Source of the DNA: Squalus acanthias
Taxonomy: Eukaryota
Length of the DNA: 64,000 nucleotides
NCBI GenBank assembly: GCA_030390025.1
Contig: CM059432.1
Location: 73,348,001-73,412,000 of the forward strand
Direction: 5' to 3'
Part shown: positions 51,620 to 61,690 of the stretch, piece by piece
How the letters are laid out: the number at the start of each line of letters is the position of its first letter
Position numbering within the stretch: position 1 is the stretch's first letter
Position numbers and translations under genes: made by a program
The notes under the pieces: model-generated
What the model was told of the DNA's origin: nothing
Database searches by the model: none
Seen by the model: the letters and a program-made list of their open reading frames with translations, nothing else

Positions 51620-53529
51620 ATGGAGAGGGTGAGAGAACGCGCTCATCGCTTCACCGAGCGGGCCTTGGATGCTCTGGTTGGCGCAGTGGAGCGCAGACGA
51701 TGCATGCTGTTCCCGGAGAGTGGCAGGAGGCCTTTGCCATGCGAGTTCAGAAGAGTGTGGAGGGAGGTGGCTCAGAGCGTCTCCTCCAGGAGCATGGTGC
51801 CCAGGACCCATGTTCAGTGCCGCAAAAAATTCAACGACCTCACTCGGGTCGTCAGGGTGAGTGGCTTTTTCTCAATACCTCTCCATCCCTCCATCTCAAC
51901 CTCACTATATGGCCAGAGGGTCTTAAAACCCCAATGCACAACACTCATGCAACACCTATGGCCCTTTCATCAAACACACACACACATTCCACACTTTGCA
52001 TACAGTAAGGGCTATTCACCTATGGGAGGCACATCAGGCAAGACCATGGCTGCATATTGTAAGGGCTATTCACCTATGGGAGGCACATCAGGCAAGACCA
52101 TGGCTGTATATTGACTCAGATGCTGTCCTTTTTCTTGCAGGCTAAGCTGGCTCATAATCGGAGACAGCAGCAACGGACGGGTGGAGGGCGGCTTCAGCTG
52201 CAACCCCTCAGCGATCTGGAGGAGCGCGTCCACAGGATTGTGGCAAGCCGGGTGATCGGTCCCGTCGCCACTGGGGACGCCGACCCCGTTGTGGACAGCA
52301 ATGGTAAGGTCATCACCTTTTTGTCCTCTGTCCTTCCACTTGTCCCTCACAATACCAGCCTTTGACACTTTCAATCCAACTTGCTAACTCGCTGCACTTA
52401 TTCCTCCCTTACTGCCACCCTGTCCTCACGCTAAAGCCACTCTTGTACCTCCCTGCTTTCAGATGGTGATTCACCAGCTGAGGAGATGGTCCCTGAAGCT
52501 GCCACTGGGAGTGATGCTGCAGCTGAGGAGGAAGAGGAAGCCGGAGCATCAGTGCCACCCTCTCCCGAGGAAGCCCATGGCCACACTGGGAACACGCCTT
52601 CCCCGGAGGGGAGCAGGGGGGAAGGGGCTGATGATGGTGAAGCTCCAGGACCCAGCGGGCTGCAGCAACGCCATTGGGGGGGGAGGGAAGAACGGGGGAG
52701 CAGGGGGGAAGGGGCTGATGATGGTGAAGCTCCAGGACCCAGCGGGCTGCAGCAACGCCATGGGGGGGGTAGGGAAGAACGGGGGCCTTCTCCCCAGAGG
52801 GAGAGTATGCCAGACACTCCTACTGCAATGGACGCAGAGGAGGAGCGGTTCATTGCAGAAATGAACACCCAGGCGGTGGGCATGCACACTGAGCTCATGG
52901 GTGCAGTGGGAAGGGTGCCCGAATGCATTGAGGCACTGGCAAGGAGTGTGGAGCACTTCGCTGTAGCACAGGCGGATGCCACACTAAAGCTTAGTGCTGC
53001 AATTCAGTCACTGGCTGCCAGGAACCCATCTGAGACTGCTCTCATGCAGACTCAGATTGAGGCCACGCGAGCACTGACTGCTGCCATCCTCGATGGTTCG
53101 TGCACATGTCCCCGGGGCTGTCACCGCGCCGCAGCAGGCCAGCAATCTGTTCTCCGGCAAATTGCTCCGGATGCTGAAGTGCTGCCCCGTGGGAGTGCCA
53201 GTGTGTCGGGCGAGCAGGGAGTTGCTGTCCTCTCTCACGATGACAGCATTCCTGCTGCCAACACTGTCACTTCTCCACTGCACTTGCCACCGCCTGTAGG
53301 ACAGACTGCTGCCGCCCATGCAGAGTTGGTGCAGTCTGCAGCCGGGCCCTCCAGGCCCAGAAGTGGTCGAGGCCGTCCTTCAGGGGCATCTGCAGTGTCA
53401 GGGTCTGACAAGCAGCAGCCTTCCACCAGCCTTGCTGCAGCCACTGAGGTCCCATTACGGAGGAGCAGTAGGGTTAGAAGGGGGGAAGTGCGCAAGGGAA
53501 GGAGATCACCCTCGAAGGGCAAAAAGTAG
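51620..53529 (+). CDS. Harbinger Myb/SANT-like (trihelix) DNA-binding accessory protein, 488 aa; exons 51620-51856, 52141-52303, 52463-53529
   Basis: ATG at 51620. Intron 1 GTGAGT...TTGCAG (phase 0), intron 2 GTAAGG...TTTCAG (phase 1). Spliced length 237+163+1067=1467 nt with no internal stop. N-terminal RAHRFTERALDALV...W.EVA...QCRKKFNDL; basic C-terminus RRSSRVRRG. Confidence 0.88.
52005..52113. repeat. 54-bp tandem duplication in Myb intron 1
   Basis: GTAAGGGCTATTCACCTATGGGAGGCACATCAGGCAAGACCATGGCTG.. at 52005 and 52059. Confidence 0.92.
52608..52785. repeat. 87-bp in-frame tandem duplication in Myb exon 3
   Basis: GSRGEGADDGEAPGPSGLQQRH(W/G)GGREER occurs twice (29 aa). Confidence 0.92.
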
Positions 53530-53823
53530 GAGGTGTGCCAAAATGCTGGTCATTTTTTTATTAAAGGCCGAGGTTCATGGCCCAACTTTTGTTTAGTGTT
53601 TTGGACATTATCTCCAGGTTGTGAGAACCAGTTATGTTATTGACTGTTTTTTTGTGTTTATTTCTATGAGTTTGTCATGAGGAATTGACACACACAGAGT
53701 TTGTACAATAAATAAGTTTCTGTATTCAAAATATACATGGCTGGTGGTTGGAATTATTGGTGCCTTGGCCGGCTTAGGGGTTGCGTGCTGGGTTGATTCG
53801 TGTTTGTAGCAATGGCAGGGGCC

Positions 53824-54984
53824 CTAGAAGCGGCTTGCTATTAGTCGTTGACGGACGGCCCTTGCAGTTTGACCATTGTGGGCCGCCCTCCTGCCTTGGT
53901 GCTGCTGCTGATCATCGTCCTCGGCCTGTTCCTCCTCTTCCTCCTCCTCCTCTTGTGGTGCTGCAAGGCCTGGTGGCATTGGCTGCGTCCTGAGGATTGC
54001 CATGTTGTGCAACATGCAGCACACCACTACGAATTTGGAAACTTGCTCAGGCGAGTACTGCAGGGCTCCTCCGGAATGGTCCAGACAGCGGAATCGTTGT
54101 TTGAGCACGCCGATTGTGCGCTCAATAATGTTCCTGGTTGCTTGTTGGCTTTCCTGGTACCGCAGCTCAGCAGGGGTGTTTGGCGCACGGAGCGGTGTCA
54201 TCAGCCAGGTGCTCAATGCGTACCCCTTGTCCCCCAGAAGCCAACCAACTGGCTGATGCGGTGCCTCGAAAATTTCTGCCACAGTACTCTGGCGCAGGAT
54301 GAAAGCATCGTGGCAGCTGCCCGGATAGTGGGCATTGACAGCGAGAATCACCTGTCTGTGGTCACAGACCAACTGCACATTCAAGGAATGGAACCCCTTT
54401 CTGTTCCGGAACTCCTCTGCATTCTCTCGCGGAGCACGCAAAGCCACATGCGTGCAGTCAATGGCGCCCTGCACCATGGGGAAGCCCGCTACCCTCGCAA
54501 AGCCCATAGCACGGTCATGCTGCTTGTCTGGGGTCATAGGGAAGGAGATGAAGTCTCGTCTCCTTGTGAAGAGGGCATTGGTGACCTGCCGGATGCAGCG
54601 ATGCACCGCAAACTGGGAGATATTGGCGAGGTCCCCAACAGCAGCTTGGAATGAGCCAGTGGCGTAGAAGTTCAAAGCCACTGTGACCTTCACTGCCACC
54701 GACAGAGACGTCCTGGACCTCAGCTGAGGCTGCAGATCTGGCTGCAGCAGGTGGCAGAGCTCAGTGACCACCTCCTTGCTGAATCGCAGCCTTCGCAAAC
54801 ACAGCTCCTCGGACATGTGGATGTAGGAGAGCTGTTCACGATATACCCTGGGAGGGTAAGCTCTCCTGTACATGCGCCTGATGGCCCTCCTCCGTCTGGC
54901 CATCATTGCCACTCTCTGTCTGCGTCTCACTATCCTCCGATTGAGCTGGAGCAGGACGACGCCCCCAATCATTGCAGCCCCCAT
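53824..54984 (-). CDS. Harbinger (HARBI1-like, DDE_Tnp_4) transposase, 386 aa, intact
   Basis: Single uninterrupted ORF. HTH region (LRFSKEVVTELC...VALNFYATGSFQ), catalytic motifs GAIDCTH, LLGDKGY and IIERTIGVLKQRFRCL, plus YPGSCHDAFIL and VCCMLHN. Confidence 0.95.
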   Translation of the reverse strand: MGAAMIGGVVLLQLNRRIVRRRQRVAMMARRRRAIRRMYRRAYPPRVYREQLSYIHMSEELCLRRLRFSKEVVTELCHLLQPDLQPQLRSRTSLSVAVKVTVALNFYATGSFQAAVGDLANISQFAVHRCIRQVTNALFTRRRDFISFPMTPDKQHDRAMGFARVAGFPMVQGAIDCTHVALRAPRENAEEFRNRKGFHSLNVQLVCDHRQVILAVNAHYPGSCHDAFILRQSTVAEIFEAPHQPVGWLLGDKGYALSTWLMTPLRAPNTPAELRYQESQQATRNIIERTIGVLKQRFRCLDHSGGALQYSPEQVSKFVVVCCMLHNMAILRTQPMPPGLAAPQEEEEEEEEQAEDDDQQQHQGRRAAHNGQTARAVRQRLIASRF

Positions 54985-55179
54985 ATTCTCTTTGCCAGAA
55001 AAGTAATGAGGTACAGCAACGAAAGTAGCAGCAAAGTTAGGATGAACTAGGCAAAACTACCTCACAAAGCGTTGAGTCACTGTAGAAGTCTCTCTCTCTC
55101 TCTCTCCGAATCTCTCTCTCTCTCTCAGAACGAGTGGTGCATAAATGTCGACCACAGAAAAAGACAGGAAGAGGCCCCC

Positions 55180-55324
55180 TTTAAATAGCGCCCCCCCCAG
55201 CCCCACACCGATTGATAACGTTCCAGTCTTCCGGTCGTTGGAAGAGCCAGGCGGTAAGGCAGGGGGCGCCACTCAATTTCCGCTCCGGGGCGCCCCAAGG
55301 GCGTTGCACCACGGAATGACGTCA
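55180..55324 (-). promoter_or_regulatory. Putative transposase promoter: CRE (TGACGTCA) + TATA-like GCGCTATTTAAA
   Basis: TGACGTCA at 55317-55324 and TTTAAATAGCGC at 55180-55191. The same pair lies upstream of the transposase in copies C and D. Confidence 0.5.
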
Positions 55325-55916
55325 CAATCTGCGCGCGCAGGTGGTCGCAGCGGTAAGTTTTAGCGCCGCCGCACAATCTCAAGTTAAGTTCTCGAGCGGC
55401 GCAAACAGCGCTGCGCCCGGGCGTTAGCGCCTTAACGCCCCATTAGCGCCCTCTTAAGGCGCTAACGGGAGGCGCAACCAACTGAATTTTTACCCCAAAG
55501 AATTGGGATTTGCATTTTCTGCTTAAATGGATTATATGCACATTTTGCATCTGGGTGAAAGCTTTCTCTGGTGCCATTGAAGAAATTAAGTATTGCATAT
55601 TATAAACTCCTTAAAATATACAGTTTGAAATTGTTGTTTTGGAACTTCTTACCACAATTGGTATCCAATCACTTACCCCAATCTAATATTGTACTTTACC
55701 CTTCGATGCACCTGCATGCATACATGTGCTGTATAATTGGTCCTTCATGCTTATTCTATGTGAAAATATATGTTTTGCTGAGTGAGATGTAAATGTAAAA
55801 TTAAATGGGTGTGGCAGAATTTCCCAGCCAGTAGTGTGGAGTTCTAGAGTCAGGCAACTCCAACCTGATTCTCAGGCAAGTACTGTAACTTCATATAACT
55901 GTTAGGGGGAAAAGCG

Positions 55917-57050
55917 GCAGTGAGGAGGGGCAGTGAAGCTCGGGAGAAGAGGCAGTGAGGAGGGGCAGTGAGGAGGGGGAGTGAGGGGAGGCCGTGAAGT
56001 GTGGGAGAAGAGCAGTGAGGGGAGGCAGTGAGGGGAGGCAGTGAGGAGGGGCAGTGAGGAGGGGGAGTGAAGGGAGGCCGTGCAGTGAGGAGAGGCAGTG
56101 AGGAAAGGCAGTGAGGAGGGGCAGTGAGGAGGGGCAGTGAGGGGAGGCAGTGAGGGGAGGCAGTGAGGAGGGGCAGTGAGGAGGGGCAGTGAGGAGGGGG
56201 AGTGAGGGGAGGCCGTGAAGTGTGGGAGAAGAGCAGTGAGGGGAGGCAGTGAGGAGGGGCAGTGAGGAGGGGGAGTGAGGGGAGGCCGTGCAGTGAGGAG
56301 AGGCAGTGAGGAAAGGCAGTGAGGAGGGGCAGTGAGGAGGGGCAGTGAGGGGAGGCAGTGAGGGGAGGCAGTGAGGAGGGGCAGTGAGGAGGGGCAGTGA
56401 GGAGGGGCAGTGAGGGGAGGCAGTGAGGAGGGGCAATGAGGTGAGGCAGTGAGGAGGGGCAGTGAGGTGAGGCAGTGAGGAGGGGCAGTGAGGAGGGGCA
56501 GTGAGGAGGGGCAGTGAGGGGAGGCAGTGAGGAGAGGCAGTGAGGAGGGGCAGTGAGGGGAGGCAGTGAGGAGAGGCAGTGAGGAGAGGCAGTGAGGAGA
56601 GGCAGTGAGGAGAGGCAGTGAGGGGAGGCAGTGAGGAGGGGCAGTGAGGGGAGGCAGTGAGTGGAGGCAGTGAGTGGAGGCAGTGAGGAGGGGCCGTGAG
56701 GAGGGGCCGTGAGGAGGGGCAGTGAGGGGGGGCAGTGAGGGGGGGCAGTGAGGAGGGGCAGTGAGTGGAGGCAGTGAGGAGGGGCAGTGAGGAGGGGCAG
56801 TGAGGGGAGGCAGTGAGGAGGGGTAGTGAGGAGGGGCAGTGAGGGGAGGCAGTGAGGAGGGGCAGTGAGGGGAGGCAGTGAGGGGAGGCAGTGAGGAGGG
56901 GCAGTGAGAGGGGGCAGTGAGGGGGGGCAGTGAGGGGGGCAGTGAGGGGAGGCAGTGAGGAGGGGCAGTGAGGGGAGGCAGTGAGGAGGGGCAGTGAGGA
57001 GGGGCAGTGAGGAGGGGCAGTGAGTGGAGGCAGTGAGGGGAGGCAGTGAG
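55917..57050. repeat. 13-bp G-rich minisatellite (GGCAGTGAGGAGG)n, left part
   Basis: Tandem units with variants (GGGGA, GAGA, GAAA, GCCG). Confidence 0.97.
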
Positions 57051-60000
57051 TGCAGGGGTCCCCTGTGGCCATACCCCTCTCAAACAGATATTCCACTTTG
57101 GATATTGTTGAGGGGGATGGCTTATTGGGGAAAGGCAGCAGCGATCAACTTCCTGGCACCCTGGGTGGTTCTGCTGCACAGGAGGGGATAGAAGAGTGGG
57201 AGAGATATAGTGATAGGGGATTCTATTGTAAGGGGCATAGATAGGCGTTTCAGCGGCTGCAAACGAGACTCCAGGATGGTGTGTTGCCTCCCTGGTGCAA
57301 GGGTCAAGGATGTCTCGGAGCGGCTGCAGGGCATTCTGGAGGGGAAGGGTGAACAGCCAGTTGTTGTGGTGCATATAGGTACCAACGATATAGGTAAAAA
57401 ACAGAATGAGGTCCTAAAAGCTGAATATAGGGAGTTAGGAGGTAAATTTAAAAATAGGACCTCAAAGGTAGTAATCTCAGGATTGCTACCAGTGCCACGT
57501 ACTAGTCAGAGTAGAAATAGGAGGATATTTTAGATGAATACGTGGCTAGAAGAATGGTGCAAGGGGGAGGGATTCAAATTCCTGGGACATTGGAACCGGT
57601 TCTGGGGGAGGTGGGACCAGTCCAAACTGGACGGTTTGCACCTGGGCAGGACTGGGACCGATGTCCCAGGGGGAGTGTTTGCTAGTGCTGTTGGGGAGGG
57701 TTTAAACTAAAATGGCAGGGGGTTGGAAACCTGTGCAGGGAGACAGAGGAAGGGGAAGCAAGGATAGAAACACAAGACAGGAAGGAGAAAAGCAAAAGTG
57801 GAAGGCAGAGAAATCTAGGTTGTAAATCAAACATGGCCACAGTAAACAATAATTCTAAATGGTCTAAGAATGTTCAAAAAACAAGCCTGAAGGCTCTGTG
57901 TCTTAATGCGAGGAGCATTCGTAATAAGGTGGATGAATTAGCTGTGCAAATAGATGTAAACGGATATGATATCAAAGGGATTATGGAGACATGGCTCCAG
58001 GGTGACCAAGGCTGGGAATTCAACATCATGGGGTATTCAATATTCAGGAAGGACAGGCAAAAAGGAAAAGGAGGTGGGGTAGCATTGCTGGTTAAAGAGG
58101 CGATTAACACAATAGTAAGGAAGGATATTAGCTCTGATGATGTGGAATCTGTATGGGTAGAGCTGAGAAATACCAAGGACAGAAAACGTTAGTGGGAGTT
58201 GTATACAGACCCCCAAACAGTAATGCTGATGTTGGGGATGGCATTAAATGGGAAATTAGAGACACGTGCAATAAGGGCACAGCAGTTATCATGGGTGACT
58301 TTAATCTACATATAGATTGGGCTAACCAAATTAGTAACAATACCATGGAGGAGGAATTCCTAGAGTGTATACAGGATGGTTTCCTGGACCAATATGTCAA
58401 GGAACCAACTAGAGATCAGGCCATCTTAGACTGGGTATTATGTAATGAGAAAGGATTAATTCGCAATCTTGTTGTGCGAAGCCCCTTGGGGAGGAGCGAT
58501 CATAATATGATAGAATTCTTCATTAAGATGGAGAGTGAAGTAGTTGACTCAGAGACTAGGGTCCTGAATTTAAATAAAGGAAACTACGATAGTATGAGGC
58601 GCGAGTTGGCTAGGATGGATTGGGGAATGTTACTTAAAGGGTTGATGGTGGATAGGCAATGGCAAACATTTAAGGATCGCATGGATGAACTACAGAATTT
58701 GTTCATCCCTGTTTGGCATAAAAATAAAACAAAAAAGGTGACTCAACCGTGGCTAACAAGGGAAATTAGGGATAGCATAAGATCCAAGGAGAGGACATAT
58801 AAATGGGCCAGAAAAAGCAGCAAACCTGAGGATTGGGAGCATTTTAGGATCCAGCAAAGGAGGACAAAGGGATTAATTAAGAGGGGGAAAATAGAGTATG
58901 AGAGTAAGCTTTCAGGGAACATAAAAACTGACTGTAAAAGCTTCTATAGATATGTGAAGAGAAAAAGATTGGTGAAGTCAAGCGTAGGTCCCTTGCAGTC
59001 AGAATCAGGGGAATTTATAATGGGGAACAAAGAAATGGCAGACCAATTAAATACATACTTTGGTTCTGTCTTCACAAAGGAGGACACAAATAACCTCCCA
59101 GAGATGTCGGGGAACATAGGGTCTAATGAGAGGGAGGAACTGAATGAAATCAGTATTTGTAGGGAGATGGTGTAAGGGAAATTGACGGGATTGAAGGCCG
59201 ATAAATCCCCACGGCCTGATAATCTACATCCTAGGGTACTTAAGGAAGTGGCCCTAGAAATAATAGATGCATTGCTGGTCATCTTCCAAAATTCTATAGA
59301 CTCTGAAACAGTTCCCATGGATTGGAGGGTAGCTAATGTAACTGCACTAGTTAAAAAAGGTGGTAGAGAGAAAATGAGGAATTATAGACCGGTAAGCCTG
59401 ACATCGGTAGTGGGGAAAATGCTAGAGTCCATTATAAAAGATGTAATAGCAGAGCACTTGGAAAACAGTGACAGGATCGGACAAAGTCAACATGGATTTA
59501 CAAAAGGTAAATCATGCTTGACTAATCTACTGGAATTTTTTGAGGATGTAACTGATAGAATAGATAAGGGAGAACCAGTGGATGTGGTGTATTTGGACTT
59601 TCAGAAGGCTTTCGATAAGGTCCCGCATAAGAGATTAGCGTACAAAGTTAAAGCACACGGGATTGGGGGTAAGGTACTGTCTTGGATAGAAAACTGGTTG
59701 GCAGACAGGAAGCAAAGAGTTGGAATAAACGGGTCTTTTTCCGAGTGGCAGGCAGTGACTAGTGGGGTACCGCAGGGATCGGTGCTAGGACCCCAGTTAT
59801 TCACAATATATATAAATGATCTAGACGAGGGAACTAGATGTAATATCTCCAAGTTTGCAGATGACACAAAGCTGGGTGGGCGTGTGTGCTGTGAGGAGGA
59901 TGCAGAGAAACTCCAGTACGATTTGGACAGGTTGGGTGATTGGGCAGATGCATGGCAGATGTAGTATAATGTGGATTAATGCGAGGTTATCCACTTTGGT

Positions 60001-60790
60001 GGCAAAAACAGGAAGGCAGATTATTATCTGAACGGCAATAGATTGGGAAAAGAGGAAGTGCAATGAGACCTGGGTGTCCTTGTGCACCAGTCGCTGAAGT
60101 TAAGCATGCAGGTGCAGCAGGCGGTTAAGAAGGCAACTGGTATGTTGGCCTTCATAGCGAGAGGATTCAAGTACAGGAGCAAGGATGTCTTGCTGCAGTT
60201 GTACAGGGCCTTGGTGAGACCACACCTTGAGTATTGTGTGCAGTTTTGGTCACCTTATCTGAGGAAGGATGTTCTTGCCATGGAGAGAGTGCAGCGAAGA
60301 TTCACCAGACTGATACCTGGGATGGTAGGAATGACGTATGAAGAGAGATTGGGTCAATTGGGCTAGTATTCGCTAGAGTTTAGAAGAATGAGAGGGGATC
60401 TCATTGAAACTTATAAAATTCTAACAGGACTAGACAGACTAGATGCAGGAAGGCTGTTCCCGATGGTGGGGGAGTCCAGAACCAGGGGTCACAGTCTAAG
60501 GATAAGGGGTAAGCCATTTATGACTGAGATGAGGAGGAATTTCTTCACCCAGAGAGTGGTGAACCTGTGGAATTCTCTACCACAGAAGACAGTTGAGTCC
60601 AATTCATTAAATATATTCAAGAAGGAGTTAGATATATTTCTTAAGGCTAACGGGATCAAGGGATATAGGGAGAAAGCAGGGACGGTACTGAATTTGGATG
60701 ATCCGCCATGGTGGGATTGAATGGCGGAGCAGTCTCGAGCGGCCGAATGGCCTATTCCTGCTCCTATCTTCTATGGTTCTATGTTTCTAT
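57043..60790 (+). mobile_element. CR1 LINE, truncated within ORF1 and inserted into the minisatellite
   Basis: ORF1 esterase (IGDSIVRG, VHIGTND), ORF2 APE + RT (FADD) with several stops, and a tail ending TTCTATGTTTCTAT. Confidence 0.93.
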
Positions 60791-61690
60791 GTGAGGAGGG
60801 GCAGTGAGGAGAGGCAGTGAGTGGAGGCAGTGAGTGGAGGCAGTGAGGAGGGGCAGTGAGGAGGGGCAGTGAGGAGGGGCAGTGAGGAAAGGCAGTGAGG
60901 AGGGACAGTGCGGAGAGGCAGTGAGGAGGGGCAGTGAGGAGAGGCAGTGAGGAGGGGCAGTGAGGAGGGGCAGTGAGGAGGGGCAGTGCGGAGAGGCAGT
61001 GAGGAATGGCAGTGAGGGGAGGCAGTGAGGAGGGGCAGTGAGGAAAGGCAGTGAGGAGGGGCCGTGAGGAGGGGCCGTGAGGAGGGGCCGTGAGGAGAGG
61101 CCGTGAGGAGGGGCAGTGAGGAGAGGCAGTGAGGAGAGGCAGTGAGGAGGGGCAGTGAGGAGGGGAGGTAGTGAGGAGAGGCAGTGAGGGGAGGCAGTGA
61201 GGGGAGGCAGTGAGGAGGGGCAGTGAGGGGAGGCAGTGAGGAGAGGCAGTGAGGAGGGGCAGTGAGGGAAGGCAGTGAGGGGAGGCAGTGAGGAGGGGCA
61301 GTGAGGAGAGGCAGTGAGGAATGGCAGTGAGGGGAGGCAGTGAGGAGGGGCAGTGAGGCGGGGCCGTGAGGAGGGGCCGTGAGGAGGGGCAGTGAGGAGG
61401 GGCAGTGAGGAGGGGCAGTGAGGAGGGGGAGTGAGGAGGGGCAGTGAGGAGAGGCAGTGAGGAGGGGCAGTGAGGGGAGGCAGTGAGGGGAGGCAGTGAG
61501 GAGGGGCCGTGAGGAGGGGCAGTGAGGAGGGGCAGTGAGGAGGGGCAGTGAGGGGAGGCAGTGAGGAGGGGCAGTGAGGGGAGGCAGTGAGGGGAGGCAG
61601 TGAGGGGTGGCAGTGAGGAGGGGCAGTGAGGAGGGGCAGTGAGGGAAGGCAGTGAGTGGAGGCAGTGAGGGAAGGCAGTGAGGGGAGGCC
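60791..61690. repeat. 13-bp G-rich minisatellite (GGCAGTGAGGAGG)n, right part
   Basis: Same unit and orientation as 55917-57050; it resumes immediately after the LINE tail. Confidence 0.97.

Larger units (their letters stand above)
51262..55496. mobile_element. PIF/Harbinger transposon (copy F), 4235 bp, both genes apparently intact
   Basis: TIRs GGGGTAGAAATT / AATTTTTACCCC (11/12 match). CpG-rich subterminal regions. Convergent intact Myb (+) and transposase (-) genes. No 3-bp TSD is recognisable. Confidence 0.95.

Noticed and set aside
53848..54654. 268-aa plus-strand ORF antisense to the transposase (third Harbinger gene?)
   Set aside because: Shadow ORF of a GC-rich coding strand with no recognisable motifs; similar antisense ORFs in copies C and D differ in extent.
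53824..54984. Domesticated host HARBI1 gene, or NAIF1/MSANTD for the partner
   Set aside because: It lies between TIRs with a convergent Myb gene and has several decayed paralogues in the window, so it is a transposon copy. No gene symbol assigned.
55891..57374. Long minus-strand ORFs (401 and 490 aa) rich in P/L/H/C/S
   Set aside because: They are translations of the 13-bp minisatellite, whose C-rich strand has no stop codons. The 13-aa periodicity appears in multiple frames.
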